A stretch of DNA of 64,000 nt from Desulfobacterales bacterium (GCA_016209225.1 JACQWO010000069.1:4172-68171); one strand, 5' to 3'; positions 9,725 through 19,429 are shown, counted from the stretch's first letter. Made by a program: numbers and translations. The notes: generated from the sequence alone by a model not told the origin.

Positions 9725-9976
9725 ATGGTAAATTGGAACCGCTTCCTCCCGAAAGACTTTGAATATGATTTTGACCAGGATAAGCTCAGTGCTCATCGTG
9801 TCTCCTTTGAGGAAGCTGTTGAGTGTTTTTTCTCGGATTTTGAGATCCGCAGGAATAAGGCATATAAAGACAGGTACCAACTTATCGGGAAAACGATTGG
9901 AGGACGTAAACTCAAAATTGTTTTTCAACTCAAACCGGACAACGTTGTCCGCATTATAACAGGATGGGATATATGA
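9725..9976 (+). CDS. BrnT-family type II toxin
   Basis: 83 aa; FEYD...KLSAHRVSFEEAVECF...RYQLIGKT..GRKLKIVF...VRIITG pattern. Confidence 0.75.
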   Translation: MVNWNRFLPKDFEYDFDQDKLSAHRVSFEEAVECFFSDFEIRRNKAYKDRYQLIGKTIGGRKLKIVFQLKPDNVVRIITGWDI

Positions 9977-10260
9977 AATCTAAACTTAAATTCAAAACCG
10001 AAGAAGATATTGACCGTATTGTTATTACCCAAGCAGATGATGAGTCTGCGTGGGGAGTGCCTGTGAAGGTGAGCAAGTCAAAGTCAACCTCACTTGATCT
10101 TCCTTCTGATTTAGCCGCGCGGGCGGCATTTTTTGCCCGTCTACATCGAGAGGCAAGTTTAGAGAACTGGCTTAAACGGGTTATACAGGAAAGATTAGAT
10201 ATTGAAGAAGCAGCCTTTGCTGGATTTAAAAAAGAATTGGTTGCAAAGAACAGCCGATAA
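9973..10260 (+). CDS. Cognate antitoxin (BrnA/CopG-RHH-like)
   Basis: ATGA overlap with the toxin stop; acidic N-terminal half, TSLDLPSDL...LENWLKRVIQERL ribbon-helix-helix-like C-terminal half. Confidence 0.7.
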   Translation: MKSKLKFKTEEDIDRIVITQADDESAWGVPVKVSKSKSTSLDLPSDLAARAAFFARLHREASLENWLKRVIQERLDIEEAAFAGFKKELVAKNSR

Positions 10261-10322
10261 CACAGGCCAAAAGATATACATACAAATACTTCGCACTTAT
10301 TTTGGCATTGAACGTTATCTGC
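10253..10322 (+). other. attC-like site (70 bp)
   Basis: R'' GCCGATAAC (contains the antitoxin stop), inner GCCAAAA[G]ATA / TATTTTGGC arms with one unpaired base, R' GTTATCTGC. Confidence 0.7.
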
Positions 10323-10385
10323 TCAGTGCGGTCAGGGGAAAGACCATTTTTTAAAACTATTTAATAATTATCAGGAGTTAGTAAA

Positions 10386-10610
10386 ATGGAGATTGCTAAT
10401 AGAATATTAGTTGATGAGAAGATTAGATTTGGAAAGCCCGTTATAAAAGGTTCGCGGGTTCCGGTGGATTTAATAATTGGAAAATTGGCTGGTGGCACAA
10501 CCTATGATGAAGTTATGTCTGAATACGAAATAACCAGAGAAGATATCTTAGCTGTATTGGATTATGCTGCAAAACACCTTTCAGATGAAGAAGTCAGGGC
10601 TATAGTATAG
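10386..10610 (+). CDS. DUF433-family protein (putative antitoxin)
   Basis: RILVDEKIRFGKPVIKGSRVPV...YEITREDILAVLDYA; AGGAG RBS. Confidence 0.9.
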   Translation: MEIANRILVDEKIRFGKPVIKGSRVPVDLIIGKLAGGTTYDEVMSEYEITREDILAVLDYAAKHLSDEEVRAIV

Positions 10611-10611
10611 A

Positions 10612-10647
10612 ATGCCTAAATTTGCAATTATTAGAAGGAAACCATAA
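10612..10647 (+). pseudogene. Possible N-terminal stub of the DUF5615/PIN-like partner of DUF433
   Basis: ATG immediately after the DUF433 stop, reading MPKFAI.. then an early stop. Confidence 0.3.
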
Positions 10648-10670
10648 TTAGTAAGGAGTAATCCCCCATA

Positions 10671-13100
10671 ATGGATAAGTATATATGCATCCACGGACAT
10701 TTTTACCAGCCCCCAAGGGAGAACCCCTGGCTTGAAGAGGTGGAACTTCAGGATGGAGCTTATCCCTACCATGACTGGAATGAGAAAATAACCGCCCAGT
10801 GTTACAGACCTAATGCAGCTTCCCGCATCCTTGACAAGGAGGGAAGGATTGTTGATATAGTAAACAACTATTCAAAGATCAGCTTTAACCTGGGACCAAC
10901 CCTTGCCTCCTGGATGGAAAGAAACAAACCCGAAGTCTACAGGGCTATCCTCGAAGCTGATAGATTGAGCATAAAACGGTTCTCAGGACATGGTTCGGCA
11001 ATAGCCCAGGTATACAATCATATGATCATGCCCCTTGCAAACAAGAGGGACAAATGCACCCAGGCAGCATGGGGGATAAAGGACTTTCAGAAGAGGTTTA
11101 GGAGATTCCCTGAAGGAATGTGGCTCCCCGAGACTGCCGTTGATATAGAGACCCTTGAAGTGCTGGCAGAGCTTGGAATAAAGTTCACCATCCTCTCTCC
11201 AATACAGGCAAAGAGGGTAAAGAAAAAAGAGGAGAGCGAATGGCAGGATGTCAGTGGAGGAAGGGTTGACCCAACGATGCCTTATCTCTGTATCCTTCCA
11301 TCCGGAAGGGCTATAAACCTGTTTTTCTACGATGGGCCTATCTCCCGGGACATTGCCTTTGGAGAGTTGTTGAGCAGCGGAGAGGCCTTTGCCAGGAGAC
11401 TGCTCTCTGCATTTAGTGATCAAAGGGGCGGGCCACAGCTTGTACACATTGCAACGGATGGGGAGACCTATGGGCATCACCACCGCTTTGGGGATATGGC
11501 TTTAGCCTACTGTCTCTATCTTGTCGAGGCAAATAATCTTGCAAAGATAACCAACTATGGAGAGTACCTTGAAAAATACCCTCCAACCTACATTGCTGAA
11601 ATCTCAGAAAACTCATCCTGGAGCTGCTGTCACGGAATAGAAAGGTGGAGGGACAATTGCGGCTGTAACACAGGGTTGAACAAAAAATGGACACAGGCGT
11701 GGAGGAAGCCTCTAAGAGAGGCTATGGACGGGTTAAGAGACAGACTCGTACCGCTCTATAAAGAAGAGGCATCAAGGTATTTCAGTGACCCATGGAAAGT
11801 GAGGAACGATTACATCGAGGTAATACTGGACAGGTCACGGAATAATACAGAAAAATTCCTCAGAAAACACACTGTCAAAGCCCTTTCAATAGAAGAAAAG
11901 ATAAGAGTCTTAAAGCTTCTGGAGGTGCAGAGAAATGCCATGCTCATGTTTACAAGTTGCGGCTGGTTTTTCGACGATATATCCGGAATCGAGACTACCC
12001 AGGTCATGCAATATGCAGCCAGGGCTATCCAGCTTACAGAGGAACTATTTGGCATATCCGTTGAAGAAGATTACCTTTCAACCCTTGAAAAGGCTCCTGC
12101 CAATATACCGAAACTGGTAAATGGCAGAAGTATCTATGAAACCCTTGTCAAACCTGCAATGCTTGACCTCATGAGGGTTGGTGCCCATTATGCCATATCC
12201 TCCATCTTCGATGGACATTCTGAAAGCACTGCCATATACTGTTATACCGTCACTAGAGAGACATACAACCTGAGTGAGGCAGGGAGGTTGAGGCTTGCGG
12301 CAGGAAGAGTCAAGGTAGTGTCGGACATAACATGGGATCAAGAATATGTATGCTTTGCCGTGCTCCACCTGGGAGAGCATAATATCATCGGAGGGATTAG
12401 GATTAATGTAAACGATGAAGCCTTCTCAATGATGTACAAGGAATTAACAGAGGTTTTTGACAGAGGAGATATCTCCAAGGTCATAAGGGCTATGGATAAA
12501 TACTTTGGCGCGAATAACTACTCTCTTTGGCATCTCTTTAAGGATGAACAGAGAAAGGTCTTAAATCACATCCTTCGTTCAACACTGGATGAGGCAGAGG
12601 CTTCGTTCCGTCAGATATACGAGGATAATTACGGCACCATGAACTTCTTACATGAAGTCTCTTACCCCCTTCCAAGCCCACTTCTTGCGGCCACCGAGGT
12701 CATCCTGAATACTGACATAAGGAAAGTTCTTGAAGAAGAAAAACCGGATTTAGATAAACTGAAACAACTGATAAGCGCAGTAAAGAGATGGACTGTGAAT
12801 ATTGACAAACCAACCCTGAGCTTTGCTGCAAACTCTATGATCAATACCCTCAGCGAAAAGTTAAACTTGAATAGTAATGATCTGTCAATAATTGAAACCC
12901 TTGAGCATACTATAAGGCTGTTGAGGTTATTAGCACTGGAGTTAGACCTGTCTAATTCCCAGAATATCTACTTTTGCATAGGGCAGACGATCCTTTCTGA
13001 TAAGGTGAAAGAGAGAGAAGAAAGTAAAGATGAAAAGGCAGGAGAGTGGCTGGATGCTTTTTGTAAATTGGGGCATCAATTACATGTCAAGGTCTTATGA
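10671..13100 (+). CDS. GH57-family glycoside hydrolase with DUF3536 domain
   Basis: HGHFYQPPRENPW, GMWLPETAVD, ATDGETYGHH, SWSCCHGIERW, MFTSCGWFFDD. Confidence 0.92.
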   Translation: MDKYICIHGHFYQPPRENPWLEEVELQDGAYPYHDWNEKITAQCYRPNAASRILDKEGRIVDIVNNYSKISFNLGPTLASWMERNKPEVYRAILEADRLSIKRFSGHGSAIAQVYNHMIMPLANKRDKCTQAAWGIKDFQKRFRRFPEGMWLPETAVDIETLEVLAELGIKFTILSPIQAKRVKKKEESEWQDVSGGRVDPTMPYLCILPSGRAINLFFYDGPISRDIAFGELLSSGEAFARRLLSAFSDQRGGPQLVHIATDGETYGHHHRFGDMALAYCLYLVEANNLAKITNYGEYLEKYPPTYIAEISENSSWSCCHGIERWRDNCGCNTGLNKKWTQAWRKPLREAMDGLRDRLVPLYKEEASRYFSDPWKVRNDYIEVILDRSRNNTEKFLRKHTVKALSIEEKIRVLKLLEVQRNAMLMFTSCGWFFDDISGIETTQVMQYAARAIQLTEELFGISVEEDYLSTLEKAPANIPKLVNGRSIYETLVKPAMLDLMRVGAHYAISSIFDGHSESTAIYCYTVTRETYNLSEAGRLRLAAGRVKVVSDITWDQEYVCFAVLHLGEHNIIGGIRINVNDEAFSMMYKELTEVFDRGDISKVIRAMDKYFGANNYSLWHLFKDEQRKVLNHILRSTLDEAEASFRQIYEDNYGTMNFLHEVSYPLPSPLLAATEVILNTDIRKVLEEEKPDLDKLKQLISAVKRWTVNIDKPTLSFAANSMINTLSEKLNLNSNDLSIIETLEHTIRLLRLLALELDLSNSQNIYFCIGQTILSDKVKEREESKDEKAGEWLDAFCKLGHQLHVKVL

Positions 13101-13127
13101 TGAGAAGTCAGAAGTCAGAATGGAAAT
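13101..13127. repeat. Heptamer (CAGAAGT) array; near-identical copy at 37872
   Basis: TGAGAAGTCAGAAGTCAGAATGGAAAT. Confidence 0.7.
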
Positions 13128-13142
13128 GAATAAGGAGGAAGA

Positions 13143-14639
13143 ATGAAGAGAAGAGGAAGCGGCGTACTTCTTCATATATCATCCCTGCCTTCACCATTCG
13201 GCATTGGAGATTTGGGACCATGGGCTTACCGTTTTGCGGATTTTCTTGCTGAGACCAAACAGGGTTTCTGGCAAATCCTCCCCTTAAACCCTGCCGAACC
13301 GGCTTATGCCAACTCCCCATACCACGCCACATCTGTCTTTGCCGGCAATCCACTGCTAATAAGCCCAGAGCTTTTGGTCCGCGACGGCTTCCTTGCCGAA
13401 GAAGATATTAAACCATCACCCAATTTTCCCGAGGAACGGGTAAATTATGAAGAGGTTGTTGCTTATAAAAAAAGGCTCTTTTCTCTGGCATACGAGCATT
13501 TCAAAAAAGGGGGGGGCAATCATGAATATGAAAGGTTTTGTCAGGATAATTCCAATTGGCTCATAGACTTTGCCCTTTTTCTCACCCTCAAAGCCCATTT
13601 CAATGGAAAGATGTGGAGTGAATGGCCTTCTGAAATACGGGATAGGAAAAGAGAAGCTCTGCAACCGTTTAAAGAAAAGCTTTTGGACAAAATGGAGTTT
13701 CATAAGTTTCTTCAGTACCTCTTCTTCAAACAGTGGCTCTCACTAAAGCTCTATTGCAATCATAAGGGCATTCATATCATTGGAGACATCCCCTTTTATG
13801 TGGAATATGACAGCGTAGAGCTTTGGACTAATCCCGATATATTTAAGCTGGATGGAGAAAAAAGGCCTTATGCTGTTGCAGGTGTTCCGCCCGATTACTT
13901 CAGTGAGACAGGACAGCTATGGGGCAATCCTGTTTATCGGTGGGACGTTTTGAGGGAGAGGGATTATAATTGGTGGGTTCAAAGGATAGGACATAACTTA
14001 AGACTCTTTGATCTGGTAAGGATTGATCATTTCCGTGGCTTTGTGGGGTACTGGGAAGTTCCAGCAGGCGAAAGCACCGCAATGAATGGAAGGTGGGTTG
14101 AAGCACCCGCACAAAACCTGTTCAATACACTGCTCAGGAAATTTCCCTACCTGCCCATGATAGCAGAAGACCTGGGGTTCATCACCCCTGATGTACGGGA
14201 AATAATCAACCGTTTTGACTTTCTGAGCATGAAAGTGCTCCTTTTTGCCTTTGGTAATGATCTTCCTACCAATCCCTATATACCTCATAATATCGTGAAA
14301 AACTGTGTTATATACACAGGAACCCACGACAACAATACGGTGAGGGGATGGTTTGAAAAAGAGGCAACATCGGAGGACAAGAGGAGACTATTTCAGTATC
14401 TGGGACATGAGGTGTCAGTAGAGGATATTCACTGGGAAATGATCCGGCTTGCCATGATGTCAGTCGCAAACATGACCATATTCCCAATGCAGGATATCTT
14501 AGGTCTAGGGGAGACGTCCAGGATGAATCGACCGGCGACAACACAGGGCAACTGGCTATGGAGGCTTCTGCCTGAACAGTTAACACAGGACATTGTAACA
14601 AAACTCTCGGAGATAACCGAAATTTATGGAAGGGGGTAA
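13143..14639 (+). CDS. malQ: 4-alpha-glucanotransferase (amylomaltase, GH77)
   Basis: SGVLLHISSLP, WQILPL, AGVPPDYFSETGQLWGNP, RIDHFRG, AEDLG, YTGTHDN. Confidence 0.97.
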   Translation: MKRRGSGVLLHISSLPSPFGIGDLGPWAYRFADFLAETKQGFWQILPLNPAEPAYANSPYHATSVFAGNPLLISPELLVRDGFLAEEDIKPSPNFPEERVNYEEVVAYKKRLFSLAYEHFKKGGGNHEYERFCQDNSNWLIDFALFLTLKAHFNGKMWSEWPSEIRDRKREALQPFKEKLLDKMEFHKFLQYLFFKQWLSLKLYCNHKGIHIIGDIPFYVEYDSVELWTNPDIFKLDGEKRPYAVAGVPPDYFSETGQLWGNPVYRWDVLRERDYNWWVQRIGHNLRLFDLVRIDHFRGFVGYWEVPAGESTAMNGRWVEAPAQNLFNTLLRKFPYLPMIAEDLGFITPDVREIINRFDFLSMKVLLFAFGNDLPTNPYIPHNIVKNCVIYTGTHDNNTVRGWFEKEATSEDKRRLFQYLGHEVSVEDIHWEMIRLAMMSVANMTIFPMQDILGLGETSRMNRPATTQGNWLWRLLPEQLTQDIVTKLSEITEIYGRG

Positions 14640-14654
14640 GAGAAGGATTAAGCC

Positions 14655-15983
14655 ATGCACTATGACACAGCCCTTAGGGGCTACACATCAAAGCGAATCG
14701 AGGAGATTGAATCCGCAGATATCCTGATAGGGATCCCCTGCTACAACAACGAGAGAACCATCGCCCATGTGATCCAGATGGTCAGTCATGGTCTGGCCAA
14801 GCACTACAATGAACGAAGGAGCGTAATCTTCATTGCCGATGGGGGCTCCACAGACGATACCAGGGAGGCAGCCAAGGAGTTTGAGATCAAACCATGGCAG
14901 GAGAAGATTGTCTCTATTTACCGGGGCTCAGCGGGAAAAGGGACAGCCCTCAGGTCTATCTTTGAGGCTGCTAAGCGGCTCGGTGTTGAGGCGTGCGCTG
15001 TTGTGGACTCAGACCTCAGGAGTATCACATCGGACTGGGTGCAATACCTCCTGGACCCGGTTATTAGCAGGAAGTATCAGTTTGTGTCACCTGTCTACCT
15101 CCGGCACAAGTACGATGGAACTATTACTAACAATATCGTATACACTCTCACTCGCGCCCTTTATGGAAAGCGCATCCGACAGCCCATAGGGGGGGACTTC
15201 GCCTTCTCCAGGGATTTAGCCGGATTCTATAGCGATCAGGACGTTTGGGGAACGGACGTGGCCCGGTATGGGATAGACATCTGGATGACCACCAACGCTA
15301 TCACGCAAGGGTTTAGTGTCTGCCAGTCCAATCTGGGAGCCAAGATTCACGACGCCAAGGACCCGGGACAGCACCTGGGTCCCATGTTCCGCCAGGTTAT
15401 CTGGACCCTTTTTTTTCTCATGGAACACTTTGAGACCTCCTGGAAAGAGGTCAGGGGCAGCAAACCTGTTGAGACTTTTGGACACGAAGAATACGTGGAA
15501 CCTGAGCCAGTAACCGTTAACGTAGAGGTGATGATAGAGAATTTCAGGACCGGCTTTCAGCAGTTCTCTTCCCTGTGGAAGGAGATATTCTGCAAAGATT
15601 GTTTCGACGAGATCAGGAAGAGTTACAAAATGGATTCGGGCCATTTTCATCTCCCCACCGATACATGGGTCCAGATCCTCTATGAATTGGCAGCTACCTT
15701 CCATGCCTGGCGCATCAACCGCAACAAGCTGATCGACTTAGTGACCCCCCTCTACTATGCCAGGGTGGCATCCTTCGTGCAGCAAACCCAGGAGATGTCC
15801 TCACAGGAGGCCGAGGCGCTGGTAGAGGAGCAGGCTATAAAGTTTGAGGAACACAAGGATTATCTCGTTGAGGTATGGGATAAGAAATCCGAGGATACAG
15901 CAGATATCCTTGCCAAGTTTGAAAAGGGACTTAGCAAGGAAGGGGCTGAAGAAAAGCAGAAAAAAAAGGTAAGGAGACAATAA
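14655..15983 (+). CDS. Glucosylglycerate synthase-like glycosyltransferase (Ggs/MGS-like, GT-A)
   Basis: ILIGIPCYNNERTI, DGGSTD, GKGTAL, VDSDLRSI, RHKYDGTITN, RQPIGGDF, YGIDIWMT, KIHDAKDP. Confidence 0.7.
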   Translation: MHYDTALRGYTSKRIEEIESADILIGIPCYNNERTIAHVIQMVSHGLAKHYNERRSVIFIADGGSTDDTREAAKEFEIKPWQEKIVSIYRGSAGKGTALRSIFEAAKRLGVEACAVVDSDLRSITSDWVQYLLDPVISRKYQFVSPVYLRHKYDGTITNNIVYTLTRALYGKRIRQPIGGDFAFSRDLAGFYSDQDVWGTDVARYGIDIWMTTNAITQGFSVCQSNLGAKIHDAKDPGQHLGPMFRQVIWTLFFLMEHFETSWKEVRGSKPVETFGHEEYVEPEPVTVNVEVMIENFRTGFQQFSSLWKEIFCKDCFDEIRKSYKMDSGHFHLPTDTWVQILYELAATFHAWRINRNKLIDLVTPLYYARVASFVQQTQEMSSQEAEALVEEQAIKFEEHKDYLVEVWDKKSEDTADILAKFEKGLSKEGAEEKQKKKVRRQ

Positions 15984-16016
15984 ACAAACGAAGATAACAG
16001 AAAGAAGGGGAGAGCA

Positions 16017-17234
16017 ATGAGGAACGTCCTGGCCATGATTATGGCAGGGGGTGGCGGACAGCGGCTCTATCCATTAACCCGTGACAGGGCCAAACCGGCA
16101 GTCTGTTTCGGGGGGATATACCGCTTGATCGACTTCACATTAAGCAATTGCATCAATTCGGGAGTTCGAAAGATTGTAGTCCTGACCCAATACAAGTCTC
16201 TGTCCCTGGAGCGGCATTTGAGGTTGGGGTGGGATATATTGGATTCAGAACTTGACGAATATATATTTCCGATCCCCGCCCAGATGAGGACCAGCGGGGA
16301 ATGGTATAAGGGAACGGCCGACAGCATATATCAGAATTTATACTTTGCCGATACAGTAAATCCCCGGTATTTCCTGATCCTCTCAGCGGATCATGTGTAC
16401 AAAATGGACTATTCTAAAATGCTCGCCTTTCATCAAGAGAAAGGCGCCGATGTTACTGTGGCCGCCATAGAGATCGATCAGACCGTCGCATCTCGGTTCG
16501 GTATACTGAAGGTGGGTGAAGAAGACAGGGTGATAGGTTTTGAGGAAAAGCCTGAGAGAATCGAGGCTTCACCCAGCAGCAAGCAGCCCCTCTTTGCCAA
16601 CATGGGGGTCTATATCTTCAATAGCGACGTCTTAAGAGAATCACTTGAGGAAGATGCCCATAAAGAGACCAATCACGACTTTGGCAAAGACATTATTCCG
16701 GAGATAATCCACAAAGCGAGGGTCTTTGCCCATAATTTTAGAGATGAGAACAAGAAGGAAGCCAAATACTGGAGGGATGTTGGTACTATTGATGCTTACT
16801 TTGAGGCCAATATGGACCTGGTTGCACCGGATCCAGCCCTGAACCTTTATGACACTGACTGGCCCATACGTACCTATCAAGGTCATTATCCCCCTGCCAA
16901 GACTGTCTTTGCGCAGGAATATCCCGGTGGAAGGTTGGGTATCTGCCTCGATTCCATGGTTTCTGGGGGATGTATAATTAGCGGCGGCAGGGTGCAAAAC
17001 TCTGTCCTCTCTCCCCGTGTTAGGATCAACAGCTACGCTGATATTCGGGAATCCGTTTTGATGGAAGGTGTAGAGGTAGGCAGATATTCTAAGATCAGGA
17101 GATCTATCATAGATAAAAGAATAAAGATACCTCAAGGAACAGAGATCGGGTATAACCTGGAAGCGGACAGAAAGCGGTTCTTTGTAAGTGAATCAGGGAT
17201 AGTGGTTATAGCTAAAGGCACGAAAATTAATTGA
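16017..17234 (+). CDS. glgC: Glucose-1-phosphate adenylyltransferase
   Basis: MAGGGGQRLYPLTRDRAKPAV, WYKGTADSIYQN, DHVYKMDY, FEEKP, DFGKDIIP, YWRDVGT. Confidence 0.97.
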   Translation: MRNVLAMIMAGGGGQRLYPLTRDRAKPAVCFGGIYRLIDFTLSNCINSGVRKIVVLTQYKSLSLERHLRLGWDILDSELDEYIFPIPAQMRTSGEWYKGTADSIYQNLYFADTVNPRYFLILSADHVYKMDYSKMLAFHQEKGADVTVAAIEIDQTVASRFGILKVGEEDRVIGFEEKPERIEASPSSKQPLFANMGVYIFNSDVLRESLEEDAHKETNHDFGKDIIPEIIHKARVFAHNFRDENKKEAKYWRDVGTIDAYFEANMDLVAPDPALNLYDTDWPIRTYQGHYPPAKTVFAQEYPGGRLGICLDSMVSGGCIISGGRVQNSVLSPRVRINSYADIRESVLMEGVEVGRYSKIRRSIIDKRIKIPQGTEIGYNLEADRKRFFVSESGIVVIAKGTKIN

Positions 17235-17249
17235 TGGAGAAAAAGAGAA

Positions 17250-19400
17250 ATGGATATGGGACTATTAGCAGCAAGGCTTCCTGCACCTATTGGCAGACTT
17301 GCTGAGTTGGCTTACAATTTGTGGTGGTCATGGCACCCAGAGGGGCGGGCTCTATTCAGGTCGTTGGATAGTGTACTCTGGAAAGGCGCCCACCATAATC
17401 CAGTCAAACTCCTCGAGGATATTCCCCTTCAAAGGCTCCTGGCCGCAGCAGCAGACATTTCTTTCCTCCAGGAATATGACACTGCGGTAAAAACCTTTGA
17501 TGCCTATATGTCACAAAACAGCAGCTGGTTTGCCGCTCACTATGGAATCCTTGACAGGCAGACCATTGCCTACTTTTCAGCAGAGTACGCCATACATAAC
17601 TCCCTTCCCATATATGCCGGAGGTCTTGGTGTCCTGGCAGGCGATTATTGCAAGGAAGCCAGCGACTTAGGGGTGCCATTGGTAGGCATAGGATTCATGT
17701 ATCCCCAGGGATACTTTCACCAGCATGTTTCCGCCGATGGCTGGCAAGAGGAGCTCTACGAACAGCTGGATTTCGAAGGGGCGCCCATTAGTCCTGTAGT
17801 CTCCTCTCACGGGGAGAGATTAAAGGTTGCCATCGAGATGGATTCAAGGACAGTATGGGTTGCCCTATGGAAGGTCAATATTGGACGAGTCAATCTCTTC
17901 CTGATGGACACCGATATAGAAGAAAACCCACCACGGGACCGTCGGCTTTCCGCTCGACTTTATGTGAGCGACCGGGAAAAGCGTCTGCAACAGGAAATTC
18001 TTTTGGGGATTGGGGGGGTACGGATTCTCCGGGTACTGGGGATCGAACCGACTGTCTGGCACGCTAATGAGGGACATGCAGCCTTTATGATGCTTGAGCG
18101 TGTTCGAGAATTGGTGGAAAAAGGCATGAATTTTGACGAAGCCGTTCCTCGGATTCAGGCTACCACTGTATTTACCACTCACACTCCAGTTCCTGCAGGT
18201 CACGATGCCTTCCCCTTCGATCTGATTGAGAACTACTTCCATCGCTATTGGGAATCTTTGAGTTTGGACAGGAACACCTTCATGGAACTGGGCAGAATAA
18301 AAGGAGAAACTTCTTTCAGCATGACTGTGCTGGCACTGCGGATGGCTGACTGGCGAAATGGGGTAAGCATACTTCACGGCAAAATCTGTCGCAAGATGTG
18401 GCAATCCCTTTGGCCAGAGGTTAAAGAGGATGATGTCCCCATCACTTCTGTGACCAATGGGGTACATATCCCCACCTGGTTAGCCCCGGATATGAGGAAT
18501 CTCTACAGGAAATATCTGGGCAAGGATTGGAGAGAAAAACAGGATGACCCCGACTTATGGAAACAAGCAATGGACATTCCGGATAAGGAACTCTGGAAGA
18601 CTCATCTGTGGTTGAAACGTAAACTCATCAGTTTTGTATGCGATAGGTCCCGTAAGCGCTGGACTGAAGACAATGTAACACCAGGGCAGGTGCTGACTAT
18701 GGGAGCATTGTTGGACCCCGAGGTGCTTACCATCGGTTTTGCTCGTCGTTTCACTGATTACAAGCGGGCCACCCTGATCTTAAAGGATACGCAGCGTCTG
18801 AAGCGGATTGTTCAGAACCAGTCGCGGCCGGTACAGATAATATTCGCCGGCAAATCACATCCGGCGGACGAACAGGGCAAACACCTCATTCAGCAGATAT
18901 ATCATATAGCAAAGGACCCTATGTTTGGTGGGCGAATAGCATTCGTTGAGGATTACGATATGCATGTAGCACGGTACCTAGCGCATGGCATGGACGTTTG
19001 GTTGAACACTCCTCGACTATTGCAGGAAGCCAGCGGCACCAGTGGTCAAAAGGCAGCGCTCAACGGCGTCCCCCATTTTAGCGTATTGGATGGATGGTGG
19101 CACGAAGGTTACAATGGAGTCAATGGCTGGGCTATCGGCAATGGTCAAACATCTCCTGTGGCATCTCAAGATGACCAGGATGCCGAGGCATTCTATCGTC
19201 TCCTTGAGGAGAAGATTGTGCCCCTATATTATGAACGCGACTGGAATGGATTGCCTCGTGGATGGATAAGGGTAATGAAAGAAGCCATCTCTTCAATCGT
19301 ACCTGCTTTCTGCGCACGACGCATGGTGAAGGAATACGTAGAAAGAATGTATGTAAAAGCTGCCAAAGCAGCCGAAGGCCTGACCACTCCCCATGATTAA
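17250..19400 (+). CDS. glgP: Alpha-glucan (glycogen/maltodextrin) phosphorylase
   Basis: AYFSAEY, YAGGLGVLAGD, NEGHAAF, TNGVH, FARRFTDYKR, EASGTSGQKA (PLP lysine). Confidence 0.96.
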   Translation: MDMGLLAARLPAPIGRLAELAYNLWWSWHPEGRALFRSLDSVLWKGAHHNPVKLLEDIPLQRLLAAAADISFLQEYDTAVKTFDAYMSQNSSWFAAHYGILDRQTIAYFSAEYAIHNSLPIYAGGLGVLAGDYCKEASDLGVPLVGIGFMYPQGYFHQHVSADGWQEELYEQLDFEGAPISPVVSSHGERLKVAIEMDSRTVWVALWKVNIGRVNLFLMDTDIEENPPRDRRLSARLYVSDREKRLQQEILLGIGGVRILRVLGIEPTVWHANEGHAAFMMLERVRELVEKGMNFDEAVPRIQATTVFTTHTPVPAGHDAFPFDLIENYFHRYWESLSLDRNTFMELGRIKGETSFSMTVLALRMADWRNGVSILHGKICRKMWQSLWPEVKEDDVPITSVTNGVHIPTWLAPDMRNLYRKYLGKDWREKQDDPDLWKQAMDIPDKELWKTHLWLKRKLISFVCDRSRKRWTEDNVTPGQVLTMGALLDPEVLTIGFARRFTDYKRATLILKDTQRLKRIVQNQSRPVQIIFAGKSHPADEQGKHLIQQIYHIAKDPMFGGRIAFVEDYDMHVARYLAHGMDVWLNTPRLLQEASGTSGQKAALNGVPHFSVLDGWWHEGYNGVNGWAIGNGQTSPVASQDDQDAEAFYRLLEEKIVPLYYERDWNGLPRGWIRVMKEAISSIVPAFCARRMVKEYVERMYVKAAKAAEGLTTPHD

Positions 19401-19429
19401 ATATGAAGTTGGACAGCAGAACACACATC

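Noticed and set aside
9620-9928. 102-aa minus-strand ORF
   Set aside because: Shadow of the BrnT-like toxin, which has family motifs and is coupled to its antitoxin.
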